Assembly: GCA_964035545.1 (NCBI GenBank)
Contig: OZ037768.1
Span: 9,084,741-9,148,740 of the forward strand
Direction of reading: 5' to 3'
DNA length: 64,000 nucleotides
Source: Bugula neritina
Taxonomy: Eukaryota; Animalia; Bryozoa
Shown: positions 11,160 to 22,815 of the stretch, in pieces
Position numbering within the stretch: the first letter of the stretch is position 1
How the letters are laid out: every line of letters starts with the position of its first letter
Made by a program: the position numbers and the translations under genes
Notes under the pieces: model-generated
Databases searched by the model: none
What the model was told of the DNA's origin: nothing
What the model saw: only the letters and a program-made list of their open reading frames with translations

Positions 11160-11540
11160 AGCCGCCTGCTCAGCTACAAGTGCAAAATAGAAATCTTACG
11201 AAATAGCTCATTGATCAACATCAATAGCTCTGCGTTCGAGACTGATTCAATACAAACTGTATCCTAAAGAACATGGCCACTGAAAAGTCACGTGACTGTA
11301 ATAAGTTGGCTTGTCCAATGCAAAAATACAATAATTAACCTTAGATCCGATTAGTTTCAATTTGCTGTCAAATTTGAAATAGCAAATAGACTAAGAACAA
11401 AGGCTAATAACAAGACGTGGTTTCGTTTTCAAAATGTAAGATAATGATCAGGATGATGAAGACTTGCTAAAATATCCAATTAATTATGTACATGTTATGT
11501 AAATGTTATCTAATAACTATGAGAATTATTCTTAAGGTTA
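11160..11540. promoter_or_regulatory. Probable bidirectional promoter between the ZFAT-like and CSGalNAcT genes
   Basis: Lies between head-to-head genes whose ATG exons are each preceded by a splice acceptor. Contains the 12-bp palindrome AGTCACGTGACT (11286-11297), CCAAT near 11315 and a minus-strand donor GTAAGA at 11199. Confidence 0.5.
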
Positions 11541-12230
11541 ATTTTCCTGATGTTTTTTCGCTTGGCAATGATCATAAATCATAATACAACTTGGAATACT
11601 AGTACTAGTAGTAGTACTACTACTACTACAGTACTAGGTCTAGTAGAGTAGTACTAGTGTACTACTACTAGTACTAGTACTACTAGTACTAGTAGTAGTA
11701 GTAGTAGTAGTAGTAGTACTGGTACTGGTAGTACTATTACTAGTTCAGTAGTTGTACCAGTACTTCAACTTGGTATTGGTATTGTAATGCTTACAAGTTA
11801 CAGTTATACTAATACTTATGATACTACTTTAGACTGAGAGTGAGCACTACTAGTAGTACTAGGTCTAGTAGTAGTCTAGTACAATAGTAGTAACATTTTA
11901 GTAATTGTGTGTGTTGTTTATATCTAGAACTTGAATTTAACTTTAAGTTTTACTTCAAGTTTAAAATCAATCTCTCTTCGAAAAAATAATATTTATGATT
12001 ATAATGTAAGCAATGAGATACTAGTTACAACTTACATTAAGTTTGATCTGATCTAATAAATACTAATGATTCCATAATATTTCCACTAATTACTTGCCTT
12101 TTTATTTTAGCAAATATTTCAACATTGTTTTGTAAATAAGCAAATGCCATTCCTTTTGTTTAGTTGTTTTGATTTTTTTAGAATATTCGAATTAAAAGAA
12201 AGAACTGCAAAAAGGTGATGTTTGAAAATC

Positions 12231-15200
12231 ATGTTTAGGTGCAGCAGACGTCAGACACTAATGCTAGCTTCTGTGATATTGCTACTATTTCTAATTTGTA
12301 TTTTCAAACTTTCATTTACACTGGAATCTTTGGCGATAAAGCCATCTAGCTCTCATTCTCAAGATCTTCTGTCACACTCAGACTGCCAATCGAAAATTAA
12401 CACTATAATCAATAAGCATGCTCACGAAATTATCATGCTCCAAGATCAAATTCGTGAGTTACAATTAGCATTGTTAAATAAGAAACTTCGCCATCATATA
12501 AGTGCAAATTCATCTAGGATTGGTGAATCTTGTCTGAAGCAAATAAAATTCACAGATAAGCTAATGAAAACTGATGCGATTGAAGGGCAGAGCTATATTT
12601 CAGAGCGCCATGTTCCGATTTTTACCAGATTTGATATGTGGCACCAGTATCAAGTCAGCAGTACTCAAAATGTGGACGTACGAGATAAATTGAATGGCTT
12701 GCAAAGAGTAAGTGGTGTCATTGTCAATTTGTATTTATTACTAAAAACAAAGGCTATTTAATATTTTCATTGAATAGTGCAAAGAAGACTTGAGGTTTTT
12801 GTGCGACCTAATATGTGTCTGAGCTTTTCCCTGGCAGTTTTCTGCTGCTTTGAATGCACAGCAATCTCCAATTTTCCGCCCCCATGTACTATTTGTCTGC
12901 TCTGCTTAAAGCAATGAACTGCTTATGTCAAAACAATTTTTCAGTCGTATATCTAGCTACCTATTTTTTTCATTTTAGATATGTATTGATGAAGTAATCG
13001 ATGAAGCTGTAACTTTTATTAATTCAACAAAATGGCGACGAGATCATTTTGCTGAAGGAATATATCACACCATGCCAACATTAGGCACTCATTATGAACT
13101 AAACTTTTTAAATGATAGCAATCATAGAGAGAGAGTTACCTTGTTTCGGCCGGAGATGCCTGTTATACCTTTAAAAAGTCATCTAGTGGACTTCAGTGAA
13201 AAATTCAACATAATTATGCCACTTTCTGGAAGGATTGACACGTTTGTTCTATTTTTAACTCATTTTGAAGATATATTAATGAAGATGAAAAATAGAATCT
13301 TTTTTACTATAGTGTACTTTGGAAAATCTATGCAAGATTTGCTGAATGTTTTTCAACCATTTATTGCTAAACATCGATTTCGATCTCATCATGTACAGCT
13401 TGTCGCAGACAGAAACTTTTCTAGAGCTTATGCATTGGACCTGGGAATAAAATCTTGGAAAGGAAAGCAAGATCCCATAGTATTTCTATGTGATGTAGAT
13501 ATAATATTTAGCCAAGAATTTGTAGACCGTTGCATGACATATCCACAGAAAAAGTCAAGAGTGTACTACCCTATTGTATTCAGCTTATATAATCCCAAGG
13601 TGAGTTGCCACTCTAGATAGCAGTTATATTCTCTATAGTATTTTTCATGAGTTTCTTTTTATGTGCTGGTTGCAGAAATAGTGACTGTTTTTGAGAGCAC
13701 TTCCAGATTTTGTACATGTAGTGGCTTATTCATGCTTATAACCTGTAGGTTGATCCAGCAATGTTTTGAATCTCATGTTGAACATTTTTATTAAAACTAT
13801 GGGAATAAATTGCTCAGAGACTTGGGCATAGTCATTGGCTAAAAACAGTCATATTTACCATTAAAAGGCTACAGTTTTTCAGCTGGCACTAGATATTTTG
13901 CTCTCTAGGTTAACAACTGGAGATGGGCTTAAAAAGTCATCTACTATCTGCCATTCAAACCTTGGCATAGTTTTTTAGTAGAGGAATTTGGAAAAAGCTT
14001 CTGTATATGACTAATTGGTCAAATAAATGTACATTGACAGTCGTACTGACATTGATTATTGGTTATATACAATAATAAATGAACATTAATTTCAGGTTAT
14101 AGAAACTTACTTTAATCAGAAGCTTACAAAGCTGAGTGACAAATTAAAAGTAAGTTCAGACTATGGACTATGGAGATCTTTTGGCTTTGGGATGGCTTGT
14201 ATTTACAGGTATTTGTTACACTTAGTAAGTAAAAACATCTCATTTTTGCTAAACAGCTGTTAACAAATCTTCTAATAAAACTTGTAATGGGAGTTGTCGG
14301 TTGCTGCTATCAAATTTCCTAGCACTGTGACTTCATGGTTAACATTAGAGCTGCTTGCCATTCTTTTCTGTAGTACCCAGGTGAAAATTACAGGTCTCGA
14401 AGCTATCTACTGCTACTGGATAGCTCTCAATATATAGTTTCTGAGAATGTAGTAAATGGAAAATTTTAATAGTGCCATCCAAAGAAGTGTTTCCGTAACT
14501 AATTTTGAAAAAAAAATTATTCATCCCGAAAAGTATAAAAATAGGAAAGCAAATAGAAAAATACATGGCATATCATCAGTTTCTCTTGTTTATGGCAATC
14601 TTTAGAAATATCAGCAATTTTTCTCTTTGGCTGCAATTTTATCTTTAAAAGATAACTTTAATAGTCTAAGGAGACGCTACAATTTTATCAACCATGCCTA
14701 CAACTCTTGCTTTTGAACTTTGCAGCGCTATTGGCATTTGGCTGATTGAGTACTTTTTTCTGATGTCAATTGAAAAAAAAAATATTTAATAAAAATTCAT
14801 ACTCAATATTTGACTAAGCTGTTAATTATTAGTTTATATCAATTAAAGCTGGTTTGCCAACCTATGTACGTCTAGGGCCACACTGTTGGAATTTCTTATG
14901 GCTGTATAAATTTATACCAATTTCATCAATCTGCCTGGGTACAGGTTTAATTTTCCTGGGATATATTCAATTGAAAATCAAATCAAGATTTTACTAATTA
15001 AATTTTTTTATTTAAAATAACTCCAATACAAGCTAGGCATAAAGTTGAATACATGACAAGACTTTTATATTGCAAATTGATGTTTATTTTTGGATATACT
15101 GTCTATTAATTTGTGCTAAATTGCTTGCTCAGCTGTTATGTATAATGCTGTAATACTATGGTAATGAAAATGTTATGTAGATCAGACTACTTGAACATTG

Positions 15201-15475
15201 GAGGATTCGACACTGGCATTAAAGAGTGGGGAGAAGAAGATGTTTTGTTGTACAAAAAATTTGCTCAATCCAAGATAACTGTGATAAGGGCACCAGACCC
15301 CAACATATTTCACCTCTGGCACCACAAACACTGTGATCAATCTCTGTCCGACCAACATTACAAATCTTGTATCAAGTCCAAGACTTATAATGAAGGCTCA
15401 CACATGCAACTTGGATATCTCGTACTGAAAGAGGACTTCAATCAAGATCGACCCTACAAGCATCGGCTTCAGTAA
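12231..15475 (+). CDS. CSGALNACT: Chondroitin sulfate N-acetylgalactosaminyltransferase (CHGN family)
   Basis: Exons 12231-12707, 12979-13599, 14096-14208 and 15181-15475 join in frame. N-terminal TM anchor and coiled coil, IIMPLSGR, FLCDVD (DxD), VYYPIVFSLYNP, GLWRSFGFGMACIYRSD, IGGFD..WGEED, HLWHHKHC. Confidence 0.92.
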
Positions 15476-16572
15476 CTTCAATCTTCCCATATTTTACCAT
15501 GTTTATATCTTTTAAGCTGTTTTTATAAAATGTTGAATCACTACAATTTACTTGATAATCTCTCTTTTCTCCCCAATTTTTACTTATAACATAATTATTT
15601 GAAATTGTTATTATAATTTTTATTTGCTGTTTTCTTTTCAACACTATTGTGCTCATGCTTTTGGCATCCACTTTATCACATTCCATTTTCCCCAGTGCCA
15701 ATACTTTATTAGAATGAGTGATATCGCAGTTGCTAAATATTAGTAACAACTATTGAACACTAATACCAAATATTGAGAAAAGTATTCAATCAGGTTAATA
15801 TTTTATGCTCGTTTTTTCTAACATTCAGAACATCTTTTTGGTGATATTACGATTACCTTTTGTTTCATTTGACATCCTAGTATTGAAAGACAATAAGTGA
15901 TATCTAGTCAAATAACGAATTGAAATAAAAACTGTATTCAAAGGAACATACAAAATTAAACTTTCAAGCCTTTTATTGACAAAATTTAAATGCAAACATA
16001 AAGAAATGAAATACTGTCTGTAAGATAAATTGCAACTTATTCATAAAAAACAAAAATGAGGTAAATGAGGTATATGAGGTATATACTGTATATTGAACAG
16101 ATGAGTAGATAGGCTCAGTTTTATAGTAGAATGATGCTTTTTATTCTAGCTGCCTTTATCATTAAATTTCTATAACAGACTACAGCTGCTAAAAGACAAA
16201 AAAAGATTATAATGAAGACATGCAGATAAACTATGCAAAGGCAATTAACTAGTAATTAATAGATTATAAGGCATTCTTTATTTTTAATTTTTCAAGTTCA
16301 GTGCTTGCTAAATGTTGAAAATAGACAATTTGTTACATCAAACTTGGGCAATCTTAGCAATTTCACACATTCAGCCCAGTTACCAGTGTTGAATAATAAT
16401 AAAAGAAATTGATTGTCTATTGTCTCTTATCAGTTGACACAAATATAAGTTCAACCATTGAACCGTTTTATTCAAATGGTAATCATTTTCATTTATCATG
16501 AATAATAGAAAACAGTATTTAATAATCTAACGCAACGTCTAATGTTTAGCAATTTTGTGACGCAATAGTTAC

Positions 16573-17960
16573 CTACGATGATTTTTCACAAACGCATCGC
16601 TGATCAACAGGAATTCGATCCATGACAGATTTTGAATGCAAACCACAACCTGTAAAGAGTAAATACATAATTACAGCAACACTGAGAATTGCAAGTATTG
16701 TTGTGATTTTGCGGGTTTAATGAAATAGACAAGTAGTCTGCATGCCAATACTTGTAATTGTTAAATAAAAGTCTTTGTAAAATGTTGATTCTAATAGTCT
16801 TTATTGATGTGTCCTCTGCGAGCTCCAGTGTTAGACTGATTTGATACAAAAATGCTCGCCCTTATATACTGCCAGAAAAGTGCCTGCCACGTGGAGGTCC
16901 GAAATCGGCCGAATTCGGAGTTCCGCCGTCCGAAATCGGAAGGGTTCCGTCCGAAAATCGGACAGACACCATCCGAAATCGTGCCTTGGTTCCGAATTCG
17001 GCCGAATTCGGCTCACATACTTATTTATTTAACATACAAAGAAAAAGTGGCGGGAAACATAACTCCAAAAACTATTACAGTAACTTGAAACCAAACAATA
17101 AAAATAGGAAGGCAATTCACAATTATTACGCTATTCACTACGCTAAGAGCTTAGCTATAATTACAATATTTGAGGCATTAGAAAGCTACGCAAGGAGCTT
17201 AGCTATAACTACAACATTTAACAGTATTTACAAAGTTACGCCAAGTCCATTATAATAGTGACGCAACATAATTACTAGAGCGTTAAAATCCATTACAGTA
17301 TTAGCATGTCTTGTGAAAAGTAGCTTGAGTTATTATGTCAGCTATATTCATCAGCACTAGTCAAATTTCATTTATGCAGTCTAGTGTAAAGATATGAAAA
17401 AATTACAAAGTAAATAATACAGTCAGAAAAATTATTTTTAAAACAATAATTGAAGTATAAATAATTGGATGAAATAAATTCTAATTATGCCAAATCAAAC
17501 AGCCCATAAATGATAGCTGACTAAAAACTGTGCTTGTAGCAGACACCTTTGATAAATTAAAGGTAAGGATAGAGTGGTAAATATGATCAATTTGAAAACA
17601 CTGAATTATGGCATTCAAGAAACTGCATTTTTAGCTTAAGCATTGAATTCATAATGTAAACCATGACAACAAAATAATGGCCACACCACAAAAAACACTA
17701 TTAGATTTAAAAAAAAGTTAACATGCATTCGAAACATTGGTAAATATAAACAGTTACAACCCACCCCTTTGTTTGAAACCATAACTCTACCAGTCAACAT
17801 AAATGATGAGGTTTGAATAATTATAGAATATACAAGTATTTACCTGCCCACCTATCATAAAATATACAAGTATTTACCTGCCAACCCATCATAGAATATA
17901 CGAGTATTTACCTGCCCATGTTCGTTTTCCACAACTCTTGCATTTTGTTTCATAACACAT
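16573..17960 (-). CDS. 41-aa cysteine-rich microprotein MCYETKCKSCGKRTWAGCGLHSKSVMDRIPVDQRCVCEKSS
   Basis: Exon 17960-17912 (49 nt, donor GCAG|GTAAAT) and exon 16649-16573 (77 nt, acceptor CTCTTTACAG) join in phase 1 to give 126 nt ending in TAG. An upstream acceptor at 18025 implies a 5' UTR exon. Confidence 0.85.
16897..17013. repeat. Cluster of CCGAA(A/T)TCGG palindromic motifs, probable DNA-transposon subterminal remnant
   Basis: About seven copies of CCGAAATCGG/CCGAATTCGG or close variants in 117 bp, forming a GC-rich island in an AT-rich intron. Confidence 0.55.
17823..17917. repeat. 34-bp tandem repeat x3 spanning a splice donor
   Basis: ATAGAATATACAAGTATTTACCTGCC units with period 34. 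Confidence 0.85.
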
Positions 17961-19039
17961 TGTTTATTCTGTAGGTGACTCCAGCACCAGGTTTTCTTAC
18001 AGCTTATTTGACTTGACTGGTAACCTAAGCAGGGCAACAAAATAACCACAATAATCCACATTTTTTAAATATAAATAATAAATTCTAATTGGTAAATAAA
18101 GATTTTCTACCAGAGAATACCATCAACATATTGTGATTTTCAACATTGGTCATAAATGTGCCCATTATAAAGAAAATCTTGTCAATTTTAGCGTAATTGG
18201 AAACTAAAACCGAATATTTCTCAGTAAAAAGGGTTTACCTTAGTGTCTAGTTGGTTAAGACTTTGTGAATATCAAACTACAAAAATTGTTTCTATGGTAT
18301 TCATAAAGAAAAACTTCTACAAAGACAAAAACAGTCAACTATTGCACTATAGAATAAAAGTAAATTGCAGTGCAAATTCTTTTCGTTATTACGGGACAGT
18401 ACCACATACACCGATGATTATCAAAGTTCTATAATCATGTGGGCTGTAGATGAATAAATATGTCTCAGTAGCAATGTCAAGTCAAAATATTTGAGACATA
18501 TTAATCAAAGCTCAAGTCAAAAGCTTGTTTAGTGTAATACTAAGTATTTGTAATTTAGTAAGTATTAGTCGTACTAATAGTGATACTAAGAGTCATAGTG
18601 ATACTGATAGTCTTTGAAGTTACTTTATCTGTCATATAATGATTATTACTGAAATAACTAATACTAATAGCATTACTCTTAGTAGGCTATAGGTATAACT
18701 TATAGTTTTAGGCATTACTATTAGTATAATTTTAATAAAAATAGTTACTAATTACTATCTTTATTAGTATTGCTATTAGACTTACTCTTAGTAGTTAGTA
18801 GAAAGCTAGAAGTACTAGTACTATGCCTATGGCTACACTGCCTAGTTCTGCTATAACTATTAGTATGACATTAACTATAGTATAACTATAAGTATAACTA
18901 TATAAGTGTAAGTATTACTAATACTAACTATAATACTATAAGTATTTGAAACCATTTTTTTATTTTTATTATAAACATAACTGCCATACTGAGTTCTAGT
19001 TATACTTATAACCATAATGATATACTCACATTCATACAA

Positions 19040-22000
19040 GATTTGAGGGTGAGCTCATATGAGATTTGAGGATGAGCAATCGAAATGGGAGTTCGTTAAA
19101 AGGTTCAACAATCAAATACTGAGAGAACAAGGTATTTACTGCAGACTTGATGAAAGCAAAGAAATCCGAAATCAACAATTCCAGCTGAGAAAGGAAGTTA
19201 ACAGGCTTAGAGAGGAAAATACATCTATAGCATATCGAGTGAGAGACATGCATATACAAGAAAAGCAAGCCTCGGGGGAATGGAAAATAATGAAACAAGT
19301 CCAGCAAAAGAGAGTGACGGAATGCTGAAAGTATTCCTCGCCAACACTAGATCTGTTAAAGGTAAAACCACTGAACTGCAATTTCTCACCACAGATTCTG
19401 ACATAATTTGTCTCACTGAAACACACCTAGATGACACAATACCTAATAGCAATATTCTACCAATCAAGAACAAAACAGTATTTCGTCGTGATCGCAACAT
19501 TTGTGGGGGAGGAGTTATGGTGGCTGTATGCGACCGTTTAAATCCCAAACTAGTAGATCTTAGTGAGTATAGGGAAGAGGTGGTAGCAGTGAAAATTCAA
19601 CCACGAATGGTCATCTGCTGTTACTACAGACCTTATGTACATCTCTCCAACACAGATGTTATAAATGATATTTTGGATTACCTACAAAGAGAGTATCAAA
19701 GGCACACTATTTTGTTTGTTGGAGATATGAACTTTCCAGGGATTGACTGGGATACAAAAGCAGTAAAGCCCTTGACCCCATACAAAAAGATTCATCAGAA
19801 TTTTCTTAATGTACTAAATAGCCATAAAATGACTCAAGTGGTAAAAGGATCAACACACCTTCTTGGTAACACGCTGGACTTAATATGCACCAACCAGCCT
19901 AACGTTATATGTGACACTGAGATCATAAGCCCAGGTCTTAGTGATCATTCATTGATCATTACTCATGTCCAAAGTGCAACCACCGCTACCCTGAGAAAAC
20001 CACAAACTTTCCGGCTGTACAAGAAAGCCAATCAAGAAGCATTTCAGGAAGATATGCAAAAAACATCAGAGGCATTAGCAGTTTTGGAGGACCCAGAGGA
20101 AATGTGGAATCTCTTCGTGGAAAACTTACAAAGAAGTATTGGTCAGCACGTCCCAATCAAGCAGCTGAAATCACCCCACCCCTCTGTCCCAGAGTGGTTC
20201 AATAAAAAAGCTATGAAAATCAAAGAAAGAGTAAGGAAGGCACATAGGCGATCCAAAGTCAGCTCAAATAGCTTTGATCGTGAACAGTACAAAAAACTGA
20301 GAAGAGACGGGAAGAAAGAGCTGGAAGTAATACGAAAAACCTTTTACACAAACAGAATATATCGTCCACTAAAAAGAGGGAACTCAAAGCCTTTCTTCAA
20401 ACTGCTTAAAGCAGACAAAAACAAAAGACCAGAGCTATTGGTACTGAAGGACGATCAAAATATAGTGACGGAAGATCCTGTCCAATGCGCTGAGTTGTTA
20501 AACACTTTTTTCCAGAGTCAGTTCCAGCTGGGCTTTATGGCAGAAGACTTCTCAAAGATCGAAACCGATGCCCAAGATTCTATTGATGTTACACCAGAAG
20601 GGGTTGCCAAACTTATCCAAAATTTGCCAAATGGAAAATCGCCAGGACCTGATGGAATTCGAAAGCCTGACATGCTCAGAGACTTGGAGGGTACTGCTAG
20701 ATGTCTTGCTCTGATCTACAAAAGTTCCTTAGACACAGGTAAACTGCCAAAACAGTGGAAACTTGCAAATGTCACACCAATACATAAAGGCGGGGGCAGT
20801 GAATCTCCAAACAACTTTAGGCCCGTATCCCTGACAAGTATTCCCTGTAAAATGATGGAGCACATCGTGCTTCATCACCTCAATGAAAAGCTTGACAGTG
20901 TGCTTCACCATCGACAGCATGGTTTTAGAAAAGGACTGTCCTGCCAAACTCAACTGTGTGTTACCTACCATGACCTAGTAAAAGCAGCCGATGAAGGACA
21001 TACTACCCATGCAGTAGTTATGGATTTCAAAAAGGCTTTTGACAAGGTACCTCACCTTATGTTGCTCCAAAAATTACAAGAGATACCGGGTATAAATGGA
21101 TACCTCCTTAACTGGATACTCGATTTTCTTTCCGACCGACAGCAGTCTGTTGTACTTAGAGGGGCAAGCTCTCAAAAGTGCCGAGTAACCTCAGGAGTGC
21201 CGCAGGGATCTGTGCTAGGCCCAATCCTGTTTTTGTGCTATATAAATGATCTTCCGGATTTGTTGTCATGTAAAGTCAGCCTCTATGCTGATGACACTCT
21301 ACTTTACCAAACTGTGAACACCACTAAGGATGCAGAACTATTCCAAACTAATATTAACGCTGTATATGAGTGGTCTCTAAAATGGAAAATGCCCTTCAAT
21401 GAACAGAAATGCCAAGCAATTAATTTTGGTAAGGTAACCCCTATATCACACTACAAACTCGGTACCACATGCCTTGCGTGGGTACAAAGCACTAAATACC
21501 TTGGGGTAACCATCCAGTCAAACCTAAAGTTTGATCAACACATAAATAACAAGTGTACCAAGTCCCGGAAAATTCTTGGCGGCATCAAGCATTTGATGTA
21601 TGATGCCCCAAAAGATGCTAAGCTATTGGCTTATACAAGTCTATGTAGGCCTATACTCGATTATGCGGATGTGGTTTGGGATCCTGCGGCTAGGGGTAAA
21701 GTGCATGATATAGAGCTGGTCCAGAACAGTGCGATACGATTTATAAGCAATATGAAGGGACGTGCTGACAGTGTTTCTGAGGCGAGGGATGAGTTAGGAC
21801 TCCGGTCGCTGAAAGACAGACGAAAAAATCATCGACTGTGTTTGCTGACCCGAATTCTTCAAAATGAGGATCAACACCAGTCTCTATCCAGAGCCTATGA
21901 CGAAATAATTGAAGGCAGGGAACTTGTAACTGTAACCACTCGAGCAGCTGCCAGAGGAGAGCTTATCTCTATATCATCTAGGAAAAACTTATTCCACACT

Positions 22001-22180
22001 AGTTTTCTACCACGAACAATTCGTGAAATGCGCGGAGAATATAATAACTAATTACAAAACAGCAAATGCTGTAACTAGTGCTAACCCTGGTCCAATGTAA
22101 GTTTTCACTAGAGGCTTCCCTATAGACTTTCCAGTTGCTGCGGAAGTCCTACCTCAACTGAGGTAATAAACTGAGGTAAT
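19040..22180 (+). mobile_element. 5'-truncated LINE (CR1/L2 group)
   Basis: ORF1 C-terminal remnant (19059-19328), intact ORF2, a short 3' UTR with hairpins and a tandem tail AACTGAGGTAAT x2 instead of poly(A). Confidence 0.88.
19322..22051 (+). CDS. LINE ORF2: AP endonuclease + reverse transcriptase
   Basis: ANTRS, CLTETHL, GDMNFP, TLDL and SDH (APE motifs); KSPGPDGI, NFRPVSLTS, QHGFR, DFKKAFDKV, GVPQGSVLGP, LYADD and KYLGV (RT motifs). No stops. The frame is open from 19280. Confidence 0.95.
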   Translation: MLKVFLANTRSVKGKTTELQFLTTDSDIICLTETHLDDTIPNSNILPIKNKTVFRRDRNICGGGVMVAVCDRLNPKLVDLSEYREEVVAVKIQPRMVICCYYRPYVHLSNTDVINDILDYLQREYQRHTILFVGDMNFPGIDWDTKAVKPLTPYKKIHQNFLNVLNSHKMTQVVKGSTHLLGNTLDLICTNQPNVICDTEIISPGLSDHSLIITHVQSATTATLRKPQTFRLYKKANQEAFQEDMQKTSEALAVLEDPEEMWNLFVENLQRSIGQHVPIKQLKSPHPSVPEWFNKKAMKIKERVRKAHRRSKVSSNSFDREQYKKLRRDGKKELEVIRKTFYTNRIYRPLKRGNSKPFFKLLKADKNKRPELLVLKDDQNIVTEDPVQCAELLNTFFQSQFQLGFMAEDFSKIETDAQDSIDVTPEGVAKLIQNLPNGKSPGPDGIRKPDMLRDLEGTARCLALIYKSSLDTGKLPKQWKLANVTPIHKGGGSESPNNFRPVSLTSIPCKMMEHIVLHHLNEKLDSVLHHRQHGFRKGLSCQTQLCVTYHDLVKAADEGHTTHAVVMDFKKAFDKVPHLMLLQKLQEIPGINGYLLNWILDFLSDRQQSVVLRGASSQKCRVTSGVPQGSVLGPILFLCYINDLPDLLSCKVSLYADDTLLYQTVNTTKDAELFQTNINAVYEWSLKWKMPFNEQKCQAINFGKVTPISHYKLGTTCLAWVQSTKYLGVTIQSNLKFDQHINNKCTKSRKILGGIKHLMYDAPKDAKLLAYTSLCRPILDYADVVWDPAARGKVHDIELVQNSAIRFISNMKGRADSVSEARDELGLRSLKDRRKNHRLCLLTRILQNEDQHQSLSRAYDEIIEGRELVTVTTRAAARGELISISSRKNLFHTSFLPRTIREMRGEYNN

Positions 22181-22479
22181 ACTGATAAATCATAACATTA
22201 ATCACTTCACCAGTTTAACTCTATCAGTTTATGATAATTGTAATCATGGTAATCATATTTAAATAATGAAATATCAAATATTAATATCACATTTTAGTTC
22301 AAACAAACTCATTCAATCAATCAATCATTCAGATTCCAAATCAATGCTAAGCTCAATCCTAATCATAATGATAATCACTTTACGTATTATATTGCTAATC
22401 ATAATCTGATAATAGTAATCATAATGGCAATCTGTATCACTCAAAGTCAAATTCAACGTCAAATTCAATCACAATGGTT

Positions 22480-22815
22480 ATGCCGTCATCAATATGATAA
22501 TCATAATAGTAATTTACTTATACGGTTATGCCTATACTTATACTTATAGTAATACTTATAGTTATACTAATACTAATAGTAATAGTAATACTAATACTAT
22601 TAGTATTACTATTACTATTAGTAATAGTAATAGTAATACTAATACTAATACAGTAATAGTTATAGTAATACTAAGAGAAAGTCTAATAGTAATAGTAATA
22701 CTAATACTAATACTCAAATACTGAAATACTAATAGTAATACTAATACTAATAGTAATAGTAATACTAATACAAGTAATACTAATAGTAATACAGTAATAG
22801 TAATACTAATAGTCA
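22480..22815. repeat. Low-complexity (TAATAC/TAATAG)n hexamer-type tract
   Basis: Directly visible degenerate ACTAAT/AGTAAT arrays. Similar tracts occur at ~5380-5606, 10870-11070, 11598-11890, 18530-18945 and 23700-23880. Confidence 0.85.

Noticed and set aside
17855-18061. 68-aa ORF-track protein MWIIVVILL...
   Set aside because: It overlaps the microprotein exon in another frame and runs through its splice sites. It has no motif.
22079-22090. CTAACCCT as a telomerase RNA template
   Set aside because: It lies in the LINE 3' UTR, with no supporting pseudoknot or H/ACA features.
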